64,000 bases of DNA from Callorhinchus milii (taxonomy: Eukaryota): assembly GCF_018977255.1 (NCBI RefSeq), contig NW_024704745.1, positions 12,090,001 to 12,154,000 on the forward strand. Reading direction: 5' to 3'. Under the pieces are notes generated by a model. It worked only from the letters and a program-made list of their open reading frames with translations. It was not told the DNA's origin and did no database searches. Below are positions 52,435-64,000 of the stretch, one piece after another; positions within the stretch are counted from its first letter, which is position 1, and each line of letters begins with the position of its first letter. The position numbers and the translations under genes were made by a program.

Positions 52435-53884
52435 AGAGTGGCAAGAACTGGGTAGGCTTACCCCAGTATTATATCTGTAATTAAATTGCCCCACCCTCCA
52501 AATCTCCTTGGAGTAAATTCCATTGGATAAAGTAGTGTAGAATTAATGATGGGTGTTTGTTCCTATTCGATCCCATGCTGAATTGATGCCCTGAGATGGT
52601 CCATGTTATTACTTTCTCATTGGGAAAGCATTGAACTTTGCTAGGCATGCAATAACAAGCAAAGTTATGGAGTAATAACTAGTTGATTGCCAACTAGTGA
52701 AGTGATAATAGTTTGGATCTAAGTGCTAAGAGTGTAATTTGCTTGTACCAAGACTCACATTCACTGCATAAATTCAGAGGAGAAGCATCTCGATTGCCTG
52801 TCCCTGGTGAATTCAAACCCAGCTTGTACTCGCTATGAAATTACTTTCATTTAGCTTTTAAAAAGTATGTGAATGCCTTTCTTCAGTTTTAGAAATTGTT
52901 GTAATGTTTCAGTTGGAAAACTGGGATGACAACATTTATATTGAAAGATTTAAGGATGTAATATGCTTCAATGCGGTCTAAAGATTCGCCTCAGTGTGTT
53001 GTGGTTGTGATGGATTTTAGCAACATGCCACATTATGTGATGTCGGATTCATAGTAGGAATCCAATCAGGTGGTGGAGGCTCACTCTGATTAGTTGGCTA
53101 TCTCTTTTGCTATTTTGCTTCCCAATCCTAATTTGTTTCAACCTTACCCTCCTGTCTCTCCCCCTCCCATGTAATTATTAGCTCCTGTTGGGGTATGGTT
53201 TCCCAGTACTGGAATAATCCCTTCATATAAAAAATAAGAACAATAATTTGGTCACTCAATCCACGACTGTTTGTGGAACACTGCTGTGTGCAATTGGCTG
53301 CCGCGTTTTGCCCACAAAATGTACAGTCAATTCACTTTACAGTATCTTCTGTGAAGCGTTTTGAGACGTCTAGAAGACGTGATAAGGCGCTATATCAGAT
53401 GAAAGGATTATTATTATTATCTACTCTACTTCACCCAAGTGGCCTTTTTTTACATTTAAGTGGAGATAGTGGGTGTTGGAAGGCATCAACAACAACAACT
53501 TGCATTTATATACTGTACTTCACGTGGGGTAGCGTCCCAGAGCACATCATAGCTGCTCACACCACACGCTGACTGATTTTTTTTCCATTTCCTAGCACAG
53601 GGGCTGAACGTAACTCACGTTTTCTCTCTTTTACCCATCCACCAATCTTGTTGTTAGCTGCGTCAGAGCTGCAATAGTGATGGAATATTCCACTAGTGGG
53701 ATGCAATCCGTTTAGAACCCAGTGGAGAAGTAACAAAATACCTGTAAATTATAGTAGGCAGATTTGGATGTCAGAGTTATCCTTGGGGTACGAACCAACT
53801 AAACACCTGGCTCGTATTTCTTATGCTCCTGAGCTCCAAGCTTCCATTATTCTGTACTAGCTCGAGCTTTATTTTTCCCCACAG

Positions 53885-54274
53885 ATAGAGATTTCAGTGT
53901 TCAGTTGGAAAATGATGGCAGGTTCTTCACAGCTGGCGACACCATGGAGCTGAAGTGCGTCATCGACGCTCAAAACGTTCAGGACCGATATTTCTCAGTG
54001 TTGTGGATCTTCAACGGCACACAGATCGCTAACATTGGCCGTAACGCGGTGCCCACAGTAAATGGCAATTATGCATCCAGAGATCAAATGGGACGGGTGA
54101 GGTTTGCAAAGGAGAGCGATACTACATACCTGCTGAAAATCTACCATGTTCGTCTGGAGGACAGCGGCAAATACCACTGTCGGGTCACAGAGAGCGAGAA
54201 GACGGTGACGGGAGACTTTATTTCCAGAGAGACGACCAAGTCGGGCAAAATTTTAATCAACGTCCAGCCTGTCA
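53885..54274 (+). CDS. IGSF3: IGSF3 exon, Ig V domain 3
   Basis: Acceptor TTTCCCCACAG|AT and donor GTCA|GTAAGT; 390 nt, phase 1-1. Encodes DRDFSVQLEN...LKCVIDAQNVQDRYFSVLW...EDSGKYHCRVTESEKTVTGDF. Confidence 0.96.
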
Positions 54275-55488
54275 GTAAGTACCCGTTCACCTTTCATTCC
54301 AAAATTAAAGAGGAAATCAATTCGGAGCAATCTTATCTTCCAAAGAGGAATTTACTGCCAAGTGTCTTTCTTTCTTTATCATTTATTTAGAAGTGTTTAT
54401 TGTAGACCAGTCAGAGGTCTTAGTGGTGCCTTGTACATTCAATGCATAATAGAACGTCTGTTCCCTTATCATGAGATTCGTATTAAGCAATTCCAAGTAA
54501 GAGGGTTTTAATGTTGTGCTCAAAGTTCCTTTACAGTTCAAGCCACGAGTAACATGATGTTCTTTCACATTTGGGTTCCGACTTTGAATCCATACCAGGC
54601 TTATGAGATACTGATCTCCTCACTGTTGTTTGTGAAGGTTTCTAATGAAGTCCAATGAGTTTGGTCAATCACAATCAAATAGGCTAACAGCACAACACTC
54701 CCACAATGCAGGCTTAACTCAAATAAATTTAAATGAATTATACTCTATCCGATCTATAATGGCGATAAATATTGTGCTAAAAGGCATTCAACCGAGCCTG
54801 GTTGTGAAATATTTAATGATCAACGGATAACATCTTGATAATACACAAGGGTCTGTATTCCATGCACTTCTCTTAAAGGTAACAGAATTTGGGATAGAAA
54901 TTAAAACTTATTCCATGTCAAATTCCATAATCCTTTTTTTTTTTGCAGCGCAAGCATTTCCATGCTACTAGAGTAAATACCGAATTGGTCTTCGTTTCCA
55001 AGTTGGATCACTTACAGAGCAGTCTTATATTTCTATTTAAATTCCCTCGTTTCTGAGCTTTCAAACACTAGTGCTAATATATGACTAGTTGGTCTTTGGC
55101 ATATATAGTACAATGAGCTAAGATAGTGAACTTGGTTGCAAATAGGATTAGGAACCTGTTACTTTAAATTATACATTCTTTAATTTCAGCTATTGCTGTT
55201 TTCAGACATTTCACCCACAAAATATACAGTCAATTCACTTTACATTTTATTCTCTGAAGAACTTTGAAACATCTTAACAACATGATAAGGCGCTATGTCA
55301 AATACTGTGCAAGGATTATTATTATTATAAAGATCTATCTCTTGGAGCGTCTGTGTGGAAAGAAGCAGCTCCTGAGATTTCTCTCAATTGAAGCATTTTT
55401 TAAAAAAAACGAGCGCTTCTCCCAATTATTTTTCTAATCTTCATAACTGGCAAATGTTTCTGGTATGGCCTCCTCCCCGCAACCCCTG

Positions 55489-55513
55489 CCCCCCCCCCCC
55501 CCCCCCCCCCCCC
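55489..55513. repeat. Poly-C run (~25 nt)
   Basis: Directly visible homopolymer. Confidence 0.9.
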
Positions 55514-58046
55514 ATCACCTAGTGCTCCGAACATGGCAGATGGCTGTTTTCAACAATGGTATTCAATATGGCCAGCCTTATGTCAAAGATGCAGGGTTGA
55601 TCAGACTGCAAGTGAAGGTAGGGCTCCAGTCAGCAAGGAGGAAGTTTTGGCACACATCACTGCATATTTGGCAGAGGTCCACAGAGACAATCCTTTGCCG
55701 CCTTCTTAAAGTACAGCTATAAGCTGACCAAGAAAATTATCGACCTCAGCTGACTACCCTGCTCATGGTTATGGTCTCTTTGACTTGATTTACGAGCTCC
55801 TTCACAGTTCACAGTCTTTAGAGAAATTTGGACATTATACTTTTTGACTGTGTTGGAAAGGATCATCCCTTTAATTAAAAATCCGACGGATGAAGTTATT
55901 TTATTATCATATTTATTCCCATAAGAATTTTTTAAATTTGAACCTGGGGAAATTGCGATGTGGTAATTTTTTTGTGTGTCCTGTCGACGAGCCTGGTTTA
56001 CCACAAGAGGCCCAAAATTCCAGTCTTAGTATGATGTAATAATAATAACAAACCTTGCATTTGATATAGCGCCTCATCGTGTGGTTGAGACATTTCAAAG
56101 TGCTTCACAGGATATACTGTAACGTGAATTGATTCACTGTGTAATTTGTAGGCTTAACATGGCAGCCAGTTCGGCACAGCAGTGTCCTACAAATTATGTC
56201 CTAGAAGTCCAGGTTGCACAAAATTGTGAAAAGTTCTTAAATTCAGTCTTAATTTGGAAAGTGCTTTAAAAAAGATCTTTAAATGATGCCCTCAAGTAAC
56301 TACCTTTTGCCACCCATTTAATGTGGAGGGGATTATTAGTGTTGAATGATGGAGCTTCTAGTCATAATATGAGAAACTATTCCAGAATACTTACCCTGAT
56401 TATATAAAGGTTTCTTTCCTCACTTTCAAGGAATCTAGAATTGATGTAGCCCATGTTCCAGATAGCAAACATATTTGGGGGAAAGAGAGGAGGAAATACA
56501 GAATAAAGTTAGAGAATAAAAATACAGTTGATAAAGTTAGAGAATACTTGAAAATATGTTGTCTTTTTTAAGTTGTCTTTTAAAAAGACTATCTTTTTTT
56601 TAAAAAATCTTTTTAAAAAAACTTTATGCGATGACTTTGAAAGTAGCTGCAAACGCACTATTTTCCCAAAGTCTTTTGCTGGATTGCGTCGAGTTGTGCC
56701 ACTGTGTGATGAAACGTATTTCCAAAGGCAGTGCTTGCAGTGAGAAAATCTTTCAAGGCTTCACATAATAAACCAATTGAATAGTAACAACCTAGTCTGT
56801 GAGGCTTCAACAGTCCTCTTTCTGTAGATTTTGATATCAGTCATAACACTCAGCCAGATACAAAACAAAGCCTCGCCAGAATGACTAGTCATCTCCAGTC
56901 AACCATTGCTAAGATTAGGTTATGTCATCAGTTGAGGGTATTGTCTAGGCCTTTAATGTTTCCTTTCCACCCCCCACCCTCCCAACAAAACCAGTAGTAG
57001 CTGCACTACCACAAAACGAGCACCACAAGCTACTTATGTCAGAATTGTAATTTCTTCATGCAAATGATGTCAGCTTCATGCAAATGATGTCGGCTTCCTG
57101 CGAGGTAATGAAAAGGATCATGAAAGTACTGCAAACTGAAGCTCACTTATCTGAAGTGCTGCTGCTTCTGGTTTTCAAAAGAATTGGATGTCCTGATCCC
57201 AGTGAGCAACATCAAAGGAATGTGGTGAGATGAAGGGAGGTCTAAAGTGAGCTGAGGAAATGGTCACATATTCTACTCTGCCCTACCCTCTCACAATTCA
57301 AACACCCCACCTAACACATATTGGTACTTTTGTAGCATTTGTTTGTCCACAAAATACATACAGTCACACCACTTTACCGTATATCCTGTGAAGTGACGTG
57401 AAGTGCTTTGTGGATGTTGAGAAAATAGGTGGGAGGTGAAGCTCCTTGGTTGGCTAAGACTTCAGCGCTTTGAGACGTCTCGAAGATGTGAAAAGTGCTA
57501 TATCAAATACAAGGATTATTATTATTATGGTATTATATCAAATGCAAGGATTATTATTATTTATAATATTATTAACACCCCGACATTTCAGAATAGCCCT
57601 GGATTTCCCCCCACCCCCTCTTCTCCCAACCTGTACATTGCTGTCTGTGGATTTATTTTCCCCTCTGGGACAACTTTCAGAAATCGTCAACCCCAGTCTG
57701 AACTCTAAGGCCAATTAGGAGGATCACTTTCCAACTGTTTGGGAATATCCACAACTTAAACCATCTATGTACCTGCCCTCCGCTGTTTGATTGTGACCCA
57801 ATGAAGACTGTTCACACAGTGCTAGCGAGATATGTGCTAACTTCACACAGCAGGAGTATTTTATTAAATGATATATCTCTATACAAAAAGTATCCCATCG
57901 CATCAATCAGGCCTGTAACGTTATTGTTTTCATTCTTGCATTTATTGTGTACCTTGTGTAGAAATGGTGTTGCCTAGTAACAGAGCTCTTATTTAAATGT
58001 GAGGAACGCTGGCAGAACTTACCCCGTTTGGTGGGATTACTTGATG

Positions 58047-58312
58047 GAGAAATTCCAGCTGGATCCAGATATATTCTCTTTATGTAGCATTTCAGAGCAT
58101 TCCATATCTGGAAACTTGTAGAATTCAGTAGTAATTTCGAAGTTGTTTTCTGTAAAGTTCTTCAAAGAAACTTACAGCAAGTTGCATATATATATGAGAG
58201 ATTAAAGAAAACTGGCTTCAAAATTAAATGCTGTGCTTAAGAATTTGCCCAATTCTGGACACTCTGAAATGTTAAGAAAATAGATTAAATCCAGACCAGG
58301 GAGGAATTTCTC
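58047..58312. mobile_element. Palindromic MITE-like element
   Basis: GAGAAATTCC...GGAATTTCTC ends with internal mirror blocks (CATTTCAGAG/CTCTGAAATG; GAAGTTGTTTTCT/AGAAAACTGGCTTC). Related copies at ~14155-14350 and ~19973-20105. Confidence 0.65.
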
Positions 58313-58578
58313 TTCAGCTGAGAGTCAGCCATATCAAACGCTAAGCTTTACATTTGTATACCAAGACTGCGGTCTCGGGTCCAAACATAATGTCAGAATA
58401 TCAGGATGTTTATCCCTTTAATATTTAATGTACTGTACATTTTGGCTTTTCTCCCAGCTCAGAGGTTAATAACAGCTAGAGATGAGTTCAGTTAAACTGC
58501 CCCCTCCCCCACCAGTGCAGGATTTATTGTTGTTCTACGAGTCCCAGTTAAACTAAGAGTATCTTCTTTCTCCATCAG

Positions 58579-58980
58579 AGAGCGACCTGAGCGTGGTTGT
58601 CACCAGTAACACGACCAGGGTTTTAGAAGGCGACTTGCTGGAGTTTGTCTGCAACGTCCGTTCAGCGAAGAGGAATCGGAGGCAGCTCACTGTGGTGTGG
58701 CAGCTGATAAACAAACAGAAGCAGACCACAGACATCATCAGCCTGGACCGAGACGGCACCCAGCTGCTTGGCACATTGTACCGGGTCCGCGGGGCCAGCG
58801 GGGAAGTCAGGCTGGCCAGAGTGCGGCCAGAGAGCTTCACGCTGGTAGTGCGCAACGCTATGGTTTCTGATGACGGGGAATACGTTTGCACGGTGGCAGA
58901 GTGGGTCATGAACACGGATGGAGATTGGCAGAGGATAGGGAAGCACTCAGACCATGCTGTAGCCACAGTAACTCCTCTTG
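58579..58980 (+). CDS. IGSF3: IGSF3 exon, Ig V domain 4
   Basis: Acceptor TTTCTCCATCAG|AG and donor CTTG|GTAAGC; 402 nt, phase 1-1. Encodes KSDLSVVVTSN...FVCNV...DDGEYVCTVAEWV...DGDWQ. Confidence 0.95.
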
Positions 58981-59440
58981 GTAAGCTTCAATATGGGAAG
59001 CTAATGAGAAGGAAAGGCACTGGTGATGTTTATGTGGAATTTCAGAAGTATGTTTTTATTAAACTAAACACAAGATGTATCATGGCCACAATGTTATGAT
59101 AAATGCCCTGACTGTCTAACTTCTAAGTTTATTATGTATGAGAACATCGACTTTTCACTAATGGAAGCCGGATTGAAATGTTAACACAGACAGATGGGGG
59201 CAAAAGCTGCATAATTTAGCAACTGTAAAGGTCTCATGTGAAATCAGTATGAATAGGCTCAACCCAGTTCTGAGTGAGCATGAGCTCATAACACAAACTG
59301 TTCTTAACATGGTTTACATTTATATAGTGCCTTTCATGTTGAGAGGACAACAAAAACAACTTGCATTTATATAGCACCCTGCACACAGGTAGCATCTCAG
59401 AGCGCTTAACAGTGGCAGAACTTGAGAGTGCTGGATGCGT

Positions 59441-59945
59441 AACAACAACATTACATTTGTATAGCACCTTTCAGGTCAGGAAGACGTCCCAAGGCACTGG
59501 ACAATCAATATTTCGGACCCGAGCTGGAGGTCAGGATTGGGGAGGGTGGAAGTCAGGGGTGGGGGAGGGTGACCAAAGGCACAGTCAAAGAGGTGGATCT
59601 TTAGACGGATCTTGAAGGAGGCAAGGGAGGGGGCGAGACGGACGGACTGCAGGATGGAGTTCCAGAGGTTGGCGGCAGAAGGCCCGCCCACCAACGGTGG
59701 TGCGGCGAAGTGGGGGGGACGTGAAGCAGGCCGGTGCTCGCTGAGCGGAGAGGTTGTTAAGGGGGTTAGGAGGTTGCAGTGGTAGGATGGAGCAAGGCCA
59801 TGGAGGTCCTTGAAGGTGAGGACCAGGATCTTAAACTGTATCCTCTATGTGATGGGAAGCCAGTGGAGTTAGGCGGGGATGGGGGTGATAGCGTCGCGGA
59901 GCCTGGTGAGGGAGAGGACACGGGCTGAGGGCGGGGGGAAAGGAA
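59441..59945 (-). mobile_element. L2 LINE 3' fragment
   Basis: Collinear with 17601-18150 (GGAGTTCCAGAG, GAGCAAGGCCATG, GTGAGGACCAGGATC), with tail and (CAA)n at 59441. Confidence 0.85.
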
Positions 59946-60545
59946 AGATGATCAAAACTGCGGTCACACATGTCTTGAAAAAGAGAAGGAGAGGGAGCCA
60001 GTCAGAGGGCTTCAAGATCGAATGTCGTCATACACCGACCGACTTGCGGCCTCAATATCATACGCTGATCACTTTTTTTAAAAAGAAAAGGTCTGCTGTT
60101 GGCTTGTAATGGAATTTCCAAGAAGTGAAAAGTTTTTGTTTTATTTATATGATACACTTTGACTCCTTTGTTGAGGAAGAGATAAAGGAGCTTCCTCGGT
60201 ATCTAGCTGTGCTGTGACTAAACTAGGAATGTTTGACGCCAACGGAGAATTCTCGCAATGAGAAACTGTGGCATTTTCCTGCTTCATGAATACAGAATTC
60301 TGAAGCCACATTTAATTGCTACTCCTCTTGCAAATGGTACGTGTTTATCGGATATTGTGTTTTATAACATAGGAGATCTTATTACTCATTTCTAACCGTT
60401 TTTTATGTGTTATGGGGCTGGAGAATTGCTAAAGCTCCATAGTTGAACAGGGACATTTCAGCGTGGGAATGTGTTGCTTAATGAATTCTAAAGCTTGTGT
60501 TTCGAACGCGGGAATCAACACTGATGCTTTTTATGTTAATCACAG

Positions 60546-60947
60546 AATCCAGCTTCTCAGTAACCGCAATAACCCGAACTCCATCAGTCGTCTACGATCA
60601 CACATTTGAGCTGCAGTGCTTCATCCGACCCGTCTTTCCTTCCCGAGTGCCGGTGTCCGTAACATGGAAATTCCAGCCCGGCGGATCCGGCCCCAGCTAT
60701 GAACTGGTCACTTTTACCCACGACGCCACCATTGCGTGGGGTGACGAGATGGCGAACTTCAAGACAAAAACATTGATAACGAAATCGGCGTCCAATATTG
60801 TCCGTCTGAGCGTCTCCAAAGCCAGCGATTTGGAGGCTGGTCGATACCAGTGCGTCGCTGAACTCTGGCACAGAAACCACATGGACCAATGGATCAAAAA
60901 AGCCAGTAAATCCTCAAATCCTCTGGAAGTAAAGGTTAAACCCCCAG
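60546..60947 (+). CDS. IGSF3: IGSF3 exon, Ig V domain 5
   Basis: Acceptor AATCACAG|AA and donor CCAG|GTAAGC; 402 nt, phase 1-1. Encodes ESSFSVTAITRTP...FELQCFI...PVSVTWKFQP...EAGRYQCVAELW. Confidence 0.95.
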
Positions 60948-61437
60948 GTAAGCTCACAGAGTTGGCCGCTTGCTGCTAATTATTCATTCCAGTGTTTGAC
61001 TATAGATACATTTATCTATCTGTTCAATATATGTGGGTACCTGGGTCTTGCCTTTTGTCCAACTTGTCTTTATCTATTCTTCTGTGCAATTTAAATTCTA
61101 AAGAATCTCTTTTCCACTGTCCCAAGGATGTTAACTCTTGCTGGATTTAGTTGCTTAGCGCTTGCAGCTTCTTGTGTACCTCGCCCAAAGAATAATGCTT
61201 GTATTTGATATAGCGCCTTTCACGTCAGGAGGACGTCCCGAAGGGCTTCATAGAATATATTATGTATTATAACTTGGAGAGACTGTGTTTTCTCTGCAAA
61301 CATTCTTTATGTGCTTTTATGAAAATACATTGGAGTCTAATATGCAATGATTTCCTTAATAAAGAATTAAAATAGGAACTCCTTCCGGGAACCAGAAATA
61401 CATCATACACACATCTCACCAACCTGCAGGTATTCTA

Positions 61438-61768
61438 CAGGGTGTTCACAAAGTCCTGTTATCCCCATGTTTTTTCTACAGTGCACTGACCCTACAACTG
61501 AAACATATGGAAGAATGATGATAATTGTATGTAGAAGTACTTAATTGTATGTAGAAGTACTTAATTGTATTCAGTACAATTAACTGCATTTAGACGTCCA
61601 GGGAATTACTGTAAGCATCATCATTTTCATAACAAATAATGATCCATCGCCATGTTCGGTATGACATCTTCCATAATATGGATGACTGGTATCATTCGAC
61701 TGCAATAGAAAATAAAAATTCATTGTAAGAAAAAAATCATGAGGGTAACAGGACTTTATGAAACCCTG
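61438..61768. mobile_element. Tc1/mariner-type non-autonomous element (MITE), 331 bp
   Basis: Left TIR CAGGGTGTTCACAAAGTCCTGTTATCCCCATG; right TIR reverse-complements to CAGGGT-TTCATAAAGTCCTGTTACCCTCATG. Flanked by TA at 61436-37 and 61769-70. Confidence 0.85.
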
Positions 61769-64000
61769 TATTTTGACAGCAAATTGTATCAGAGCCCAGT
61801 TACCGAGAATTGTTCCTGACATATTTCCGGTTTCCATATTAAGGAACCCTGTTAGAAACTTATCTCATTCTAGATCCCATTATTTTGTCACAGAGACATT
61901 GTCGCATTACTTGGGTGTCATACCATGGCAATGGAAAAATAGCTTCCATCTGTTTTCCATCCCCAGGGACCAAAGTTCACATGAAAATAATAACTCTCTT
62001 GCCTGTGTCTCAGGCTCTCCCCTCTCTAACCCCTTGTTTCCCTGGTGCAATCTTCATCTTCAAATTCTCAATCCCCAAGTGCAGCCTTAGTTTCTCTCCA
62101 TCTCTTTCTCTCTTGAACCCTCCCCACATTGCTCTTTCTGTGTTTTCTTCGGTTTCCCAGTTTAGCTTAAATGCAACTCCCCCTTGAGGTTCAAGCGCCA
62201 ACTCTGTGTCAAAGCTCATTTTCTGCGAGCTGGATTGAGTGGAGCCAGTGGCTATTAATGTTTTCACTGTTATAGTGTGCCAGTAATTAGAGTCATAGTG
62301 TATTAGCACTAATACGCTGCCATCTCCGAACCATCCACCAGCATGGGAACGGAATCCACTAAAAGAAAAGCCTACAGCAAGATCCCTCCCACTAACTCTT
62401 TGCACTTTTGAATGTTTTAATCATGGAGGCACTATGACAAACAGAATCTTGCAGTTTTGGTTTCACTGTGATGCACTTTTATTAATGTTACTGGAAGGTC
62501 TTATTTGGCTTGGTAGCGTTCCATTTGAGATACCTTCTGGGCTCCAGAAATAATGCATGAGCCCAGCCGACCTGGTGCATTAGGAGCCAGGGAAAAAAAA
62601 CACTATGAACTCGGGGGAGAACTTCCAACAGAATGTGTGAACTTTAGAAAATCATTATTTTCTGCTTTGGGGGAAACAATAGATTGCAAAGGAATCAAAG
62701 GTAAAAATAATAATGTATGTTGGTAAAGAACTCGAGATCCTATTCTAACGACATGGAGGTATCTTCCACCAAGGATAACAGTATTCACATTTAACTGTTC
62801 ACTGTCCCAGACTGAATAATTTAAGTCCCAGACTGAATATGGATCCTCGGGCATTGCTATATTATGCATTATTCCAGCCCAGGACTGTGAAGGGTTGTTG
62901 ACAGTTTTTTTTAATGTTTGATGATATGCTGGAGAGAAAAGATTAGAAAATACCATAAACTGCCTCAGCCACTTTTCCAAGTGCAGGTGAAGAGGTACAA
63001 AGGATGAAATTGGCTAATTTTCAGATACAAATCTGTGAAATATCAGTGAAACTTAGTTAAAAAAAAACTGAAAATGAGTAACATATTCATGAGAATATTC
63101 CAAAAACCTTTTGTGTTTTCTCCATTGCATACAAATGCTACTTGCTGTAGTGTAGTATATCTGCTAATTCTGATAAGTCAAAATAGCTCCCCTAAAAAAA
63201 ATATTAAGAGAGTTGTTTTATTTTCCGAATGATTGGGAATATCTTGGGAAAATAGGAGAGAAAAGGAAAACGGACATATTGTAATTATGGAGAGGAGCTC
63301 AAGGTCTGCACATCTGGTGTGACATTCCAGGTGTTTTGGCTTTTACTTACACACCCAGAGGGACAGGGAATTGCAGGTCAAATCCCCTGAAGCCTCCCAA
63401 GCTGGCTCAGGCCTAATTATAGAGTCCTGTCAGGCATTTATTACTGAGGAAAAAGACATATTACCTAAAAGGCAGGAGGAATATAAAATTCATTTGTTAA
63501 GAAAAACACATGTACTATCATATACACTGCGACTTTCTATCATGCCTGCATTTTGTTTAGCTAAAGAGCACACCAAAGTCATTAATTTTAAAAGGATATT
63601 TTTTGTGACTCATTATGTATTAAATTAAAACGAAACATCTTGTAGAATCTCAATTCCATATTTAATTGGAAAGACTATTTTTCTAGTTTTTTTTTTTACA
63701 CACACGATTAGCCAGTTGCATTAAAAAAATCTATTGATCCCCATCTGCCCCACACACTGCAATCTACTTTCACTCCGTGGCTGTTTGTGGGACCGGGCAT
63801 TGCGCAAATCGGCTGTTGCGGTCGCCCACAACAGATGCACAGCTTTATAGTGTGTCCTGTGAAGCGCTTTAACGTGTCTCGACAATGTAATAAGGTAATA
63901 TATCAAATGAAATGATTATTATTAACCCATCTCGGAAAAATAGTGCGCACAATGCTTGCCAAAGTTCCAACCAATTTAACAGAATTGCCTTGTTCTCACA

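Noticed and set aside
55489-55513. Poly-C run as a functional G-quadruplex element
   Set aside because: It is a simple homopolymer of uncertain assembled length with no supporting context.
38070-60979. ORF-track N- and C-terminal extensions of the IGSF3 exons (e.g. MHVCVALP, MSSSQPFEY..., KYPFTFHSK...)
   Set aside because: They lie outside the AG/GT splice boundaries and are intronic read-through.
62161-62400. Candidate for the next IGSF3 Ig-domain exon
   Set aside because: The phase-1 frame stops immediately and no frame resembles Ig domain 6. The true next exon probably lies beyond 64000.

Overview
Vertebrate genomic DNA. The repeat content (Deu-domain SacSINE1-like SINEs, HER1/CR1-like 3' ends, abundant L2) points to a cartilaginous fish; a chimaera is possible given the moderate intron sizes, but this is inference. 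The window holds the 5' part of a plus-strand IGSF3 orthologue (EWI family). A 40-nt signal-peptide exon (2092-2131, absent from the ORF track) is followed by a ~36 kb intron and five phase-1 exons that each encode one V-type Ig domain (38095-38472, 51365-51772, 53885-54274, 58579-58980, 60546-60947). The gene continues past the window end. The introns are dense in L2 LINE fragments, two SINE families sharing the L2 3' tail, CR1 remnants, MITE-like elements and microsatellites. I found no convincing new multi-gene system. The most notable observations are: a 750-bp solo LTR with a 4-bp TSD whose empty site survives in an adjacent 245-bp tandem duplicate; covarying 3' stem-loops shared by L2 subfamilies and both SINEs; a Tc1/mariner-type MITE; a palindromic element family; and a perfect-Kozak uORF ahead of the IGSF3 start. 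Gene, LTR and mariner-MITE boundaries were checked base by base; the other repeat boundaries are approximate.
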